Shown here one piece after another: positions 62,701-64,000 of a stretch of 64,000 bases of DNA. Source of the stretch: Chlamydiota bacterium. Its GTDB lineage: Bacteria; Auribacterota; JACPWU01. Position numbers and translations under genes: made by a program. The notes under the pieces were generated by a model. That model saw only the letters and a program-made list of their open reading frames with translations. It did not search any database and had not been told where the DNA came from. The stretch lies in contig JACOUC010000036.1 of assembly GCA_016178055.1 (NCBI GenBank), forward strand, positions 9-64,008, given 5' to 3'. Every line of letters starts with the position of its first letter. The first letter of the stretch is position 1.

Positions 62701-63754
62701 AATCAATCAGAGCCAGATAATATTCATTAATTGAAAGCTCATTCATTCGATATTGAAGCGTCAGTTCAAGTAATTGAATGAGATCCTTTCGGGATAATTC
62801 ATCACCTAAAACATCCAGAAGCTTTCTCTCCTCATCTCCCAAGAGACTTGGATGAATTTCTTTTTCCATTTCAAAGTAATGAAGAACGTTTACATAATTT
62901 CGGATTTTGGATTTTGGATTTTGGATTTTTAAGGAGATCTGTAAATCGCTTAAAGCCTGGCAATAATCAAAAAGGCTTAATTCGTGACGAACATATTGAT
63001 CATGAAATTTAATCAATGAAATAAGTTGAGAGTTTTTTGCCTCGAGCCTCGAGCCTCGAGCCTCGAGCTGCTTTATTAATTCCTCTAAAACGGGCAGGAC
63101 TTCATCCTTCACCTTTAAAACATCTAAAAAGAGTTTCTTATTTTTTAAATAGTAAAGAGGCGTTTCAATTCCATAGAGAAGTGGATTGGACTCACTTGTA
63201 ATGGCATAAAACTCAGGCCCATTGAGCTTGGCATTTTTCATCAAAAATTCTGCAGTATCTCGGCGGATTTCTGGATCTGGAAGATTCTTAAAATAAGAAT
63301 AATCAAGGGCGCCACTGGCGCCTTCAAGGGCGATGAGAAAGCTGGAGCTTCGAGCTTCGAGGCTACTTTGGCTCGAGGCTCGAAGCTCGAGGCTCGAGGT
63401 AAATACTTTCTCAGTTTTTGCTTTTGTTTCTGCTTCGAGCTGATTTTCAATAATTTCCAAGATCCTGGCCATTCGCCATTGGACTTCAAAGTTCCCGTGG
63501 GCGTCTTGAAGGAGATAAATGGTTTTTGCATCTTTATCGGGAGAAATCCAGCTTCGCTCAATCCATCCTAATTTTTGAGGAATATAAAAATCTATATTTT
63601 TACCGAGAGAAGAAACGGAAGCAGGATTAAAGGGCAGCGTTTGCGCAAAAAGACTCTGGGAAGAGAAAATCATATCTTTCTCTATCAAAGAGAATGCGAA
63701 GGCAACCGTCACCCCAATACGGATCAATTTTATAAATAATGTTTCTCTTTTCAT
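56702..63754 (-). CDS. Giant multidomain ORF3 (2350 aa). Order: signal/TM, ChaN/TraB-like N-domain, 2x Ser/Thr kinase, unknown modules, shared C-terminal domain.
   Basis: Uninterrupted ORF. N-terminus MKRETLFIKLIRIGVTVAFAFSL. It lies 100 nt upstream of ORF2 on the same strand. Confidence 0.8.
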   Translation of the reverse strand: MKRETLFIKLIRIGVTVAFAFSLIEKDMIFSSQSLFAQTLPFNPASVSSLGKNIDFYIPQKLGWIERSWISPDKDAKTIYLLQDAHGNFEVQWRMARILEIIENQLEAETKAKTEKVFTSSLELRASSQSSLEARSSSFLIALEGASGALDYSYFKNLPDPEIRRDTAEFLMKNAKLNGPEFYAITSESNPLLYGIETPLYYLKNKKLFLDVLKVKDEVLPVLEELIKQLEARGSRLEAKNSQLISLIKFHDQYVRHELSLFDYCQALSDLQISLKIQNPKSKIRNYVNVLHYFEMEKEIHPSLLGDEERKLLDVLGDELSRKDLIQLLELTLQYRMNELSINEYYLALIDFSKRSEINLKDYPNIDRSIQAYQFRTEINDNQLMEEIREIEENLKLSFISDKSAIIFEWLYALKRMAELRGREDDLTLVEETIERLGWDKIQQFMGEDSAPLKKYFPLYEQYYKTIKSRDGEIAKNFMASFSEKNVKSAVLMVGGYHTPGLEKFFQQKNISYHVISPVIPRDSIEEAYQLYLKRMGDPEYALTAEDLKGIGEMLALEDGIGFISTDPRRKTQVGDDFKAEFALTAATLAYARKRREKNPELAQWLKDRDREGIKILYSALDEEGARLVFGLIKGEPLIFRFRPYSEKGMKPFKAPLQVLARGVLGNTFVETLTPHAVSAFWMDCLLDRARKLPKGSGASLKRIDERYVEFLGLLESDQDLRSILNQLNDPVLETGIHQQRKAILKQVLSSPDQHTYDHLLPVLRIDFNSASLDEFQLAGGGEEAPSPELAGSEGEETLRSQMLSLRNRIAEAMNQVEGWREDLSSASPDEVTSLNLSEANLVNDFVSARDALAQLSAEDRKQLDELYWNINDALEALNAEVQAFEVLSQWNRQGATIIDGRYRLVNKLGEGTTAETWEAKDVDGNVRAIKWMKEGAEDAERKIEQEYQRQLSASRDGGPAPSVYGYGYDQGSQRHFLVMDFNQDEDLQDYIVRLQDGMDEGTLSRDVYMQEMLTFFKALLTALGELHARGILHNDLKPENIRYNASKHQITFLDFGSSTSETEEEQALQQLSFLYAAPETRRTVQSDLYSAGVIFFNMIAASFPFGIAPGDVEVVIATKKLGNDAFQGQDIASISPPLMSYIRQILDQHVSQRFKNAAQALNELERITPVILAEAEASSFLARPEVPVEALLEEPAPEGESGLSPSASPSTPRHVYEIGTVMGHYQILEKLGEGGQGSVFRALDTNANEHVALKIISPRPEDDYHYLPTPEREAQIQKQVHDLPNNPDPAVREFGVLENGDSFIAMDDVTQEEGTIRWDQYVHNLRTQLVSGELTYETFQNNILTAFKELLKTLEEVHGLNLVHRDLKPANFFYNPKTNKMTLIDFGAAGSPEIKVRSGFIIGSLTYMSPETYDGNFSFKSDLFALGVILYMSLLNTSPFRVMDREVPTGQGRAVKGREKVTNVDPFDGQYEAAFSKLNSDLQTFFRGLLAKDVTQRMSTSEALDQLDIVLPEEISPDIEIVDDVLAPEVAGAFGTLAHAVSTTTSTGQRADQSRSSQGEMGLPSLHEPAESNKYESFLIPSFPYKQIKNFLGEDAELSCYLVPADKLQGNDAVIKVAERNRVEIWMSRNLKMEERDEVGVHEISEWHLMQWIISNPDLIDELEPILEERLVQRRARYSGETREYSIAVLAAHIGAAALEVIKYGKQGLTLLHERKMREKDTAFLERVEAETSEMRASLQHRVIETLNRRMPEPMRTMQINMDELNAYESRFRERALEELTFRKSLIYTTLAGISWLKVEAFAQSPFVRWLARISGSKTPPGSGTPGSGGARKKLVHHQVSLSRDKELKMIEFAVNLKKISKSRTVTIDDGDPYLSKLKNVTRPTPLEPRGEMATLESGRETGSPLSLRGVRGVTTYQEVNYDENDPHLEKLFPGLKDILKTVGGAYHCYGNDGKLYIFISRNAQDKKIALQHEKMEIFIKNWMESNLSSSPLKERGETSVGGTPLLVQEGLGELPDLARVSHILAWALQIIENGWTDITQVEFLWNEIREMDLDALQAVIGDDRAEQREFIKQYLPLILTALGKSPDNVIFQIEKFETSVKQFALLQKSIRKTSANRFEASKAEALEGVVRGLFMDRPEALDRAPALLLIDLSTLVDGNNIARPGAEASIAVLVKAAAQMRQSQGQMKIVLVDHEGKIGGLQALVDKKIPGAEVLLRFRNEGIIFEQAPTREEASPENMENYIIKAAEAKGLMGLQVQNIQVVIDPSHQSIYSKILNQLILGDAIDIQLDQTMFDKLSAMNAELAKRFKAKEVGQGVKTYSVHLKKEELDEEKYKATRQMYDLAAVKA
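57719..58106. repeat. Two inverted pairs of perfect short hairpins inside ORF3
   Basis: CCCCTCTTG-AAC-CAAGAGGGG (57719..57739) with CTCCCCTT..AAGGGGGAG (~57759..57782). In reverse-complement order, CTCCCCTTA-AAC-TAAGGGGAG (58029..58049) with CCCCTCTTG-GTT-CAAGAGGGG (58086..58106). Confidence 0.75.
59225..60082 (-). other. ORF3 block: Ser/Thr protein kinase domain 2
   Basis: LGEGGQGSVF, VALKII, HRDLKPANF, IDFGAA, SLTYMSPE. Confidence 0.8.
60260..61051 (-). other. ORF3 block: Ser/Thr protein kinase domain 1
   Basis: LGEGTTAETW, RAIKWM, HNDLKPENI, LDFGSS. Confidence 0.75.
62902..62929. repeat. In-frame (GGATTTT)x4 heptamer tract
   Basis: Translated as KIQNPKSKI in ORF3. Confidence 0.85.
63039..63068. 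repeat. In-frame (CCTCGAG)x4 tract
   Basis: GCCTCGAGCCTCGAGCCTCGAGCCTCGAGC, translated as LEARGSRLEA. Confidence 0.85.
63341..63441. repeat. In-frame palindromic (GCTCGAG)n hairpin element
   Basis: Arm 63371..63398, loop TAAATACTTTCTCAGTTTTTGCTTTTGTTTCTG. Translated as LEAETKAKTEKVFTSSLELRASSQSSLEARSSS. Confidence 0.85.
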
Positions 63755-63844
63755 ACTCCTTCTCTAACTCCCCCATCTCCAAACTCCCAATTTAAAGATA
63801 CGATCGAGATGGACATTTCCAACATAAAAAAACCTCTTTTTTGT

Positions 63845-64000
63845 TTACGCTGCTTCTTGGGCCATCGGATGCACCCTTCTTCTTTCATCTAATCTTTGAG
63901 AAGGACTTGAATTCGTAGATGGATCATTCGATAATCCTGCAAGCAAGAGATCCACAGCCCCAATAAAATCCGCTTCAGTTGCAATATCTCTAAAATGGGC
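63845..64000 (-). CDS. 3' end of a further minus-strand ORF, truncated by the window edge
   Basis: My own translation of the open frame running from the window edge: AHFRDIATEADFIGAVDLLLAGLSNDPSTNSSPSQRLDERRRVHPMAQEAA, then a stop. The Ala-rich C-terminus resembles the ends of ORF2 and ORF3. Confidence 0.4.
   Translation of the reverse strand, partial: AHFRDIATEADFIGAVDLLLAGLSNDPSTNSSPSQRLDERRRVHPMAQEAA

Larger units (their letters stand above)
62180..63592 (-). other. ORF3 block: N-terminal ChaN/TraB/Tiki-like domain
   Basis: LLQDAHGNFEVQ ... MVGGYHTPGL. Confidence 0.4.

Noticed and set aside
1-64000. Search for tRNA, rRNA, tmRNA, RNase P RNA or CRISPR arrays
   Set aside because: The non-coding gaps were inspected (2667..2819, 19999..20286, 21979..22247, 27993..28242, 29086..29456, 33171..33327, 34288..34768, 56602..56701, 63755..63844). 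None shows cloverleaf-type or other diagnostic motifs, or regularly spaced direct repeats with unique spacers. The tandem repeats present are heptamer arms, not CRISPR.

Overview
AT-rich bacterial window. The gene content (futalosine-pathway menaquinone genes, an H-X9-DG pseudopilin, split transketolase, giant ORFs) suggests a PVC-group or Omnitrophota-like genome, but the taxon is inference only. About 69% of the window (44.2 kb) is three paralogous minus-strand giant ORFs of 5355, 7012 and 2350 codons. They share a signal/TM segment and a ChaN/TraB-like N-domain but carry different cargo. ORF1 (3931..19998) has an M50 protease, a Clp-type double AAA+ ATPase, a GT4 glycosyltransferase and a methyltransferase-like block. 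ORF2 (35563..56601) has HExxH modules, a CPBP-like membrane block, two Ser/Thr kinases, two PP2C phosphatases and FHA-like segments. ORF3 (56702..63754) has two kinases. The rest is housekeeping (mqn genes, glycogen debranching enzyme, TldD/PmbA, transketolase, ferredoxin, an FHA-GAF-PP2C regulator) plus many small toxin-antitoxin-type modules. Main observations: (1) ORF1 stays stop-free for 16 kb even though four plus-strand genes with their own promoters or RBS are nested antisense exactly at the borders of its enzyme blocks, and their codon choice avoids every antisense stop. These genes are two paralogous leaderless coiled-coil genes and a PIN/VapBC-like pair. (2) Palindromic hairpin elements with arms made of tandem heptamers, (GCTCGAG)n and others, sit in frame inside all three giant ORFs. 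Related heptamer-arm hairpins flank four-helix-bundle and GxxExxY genes or stand empty between housekeeping genes. (3) A c-di-GMP-I (GEMM-I) riboswitch with an intrinsic terminator precedes the pseudopilin gene. (4) Toxin-antitoxin (TA) cassettes are stacked at the 3' end of ORF2 between duplicated copies of that 3' end. No tRNA, rRNA or CRISPR array was seen. All family calls come from motif recognition by eye, with no searches run. Domain borders are approximate (about +/-60 nt).
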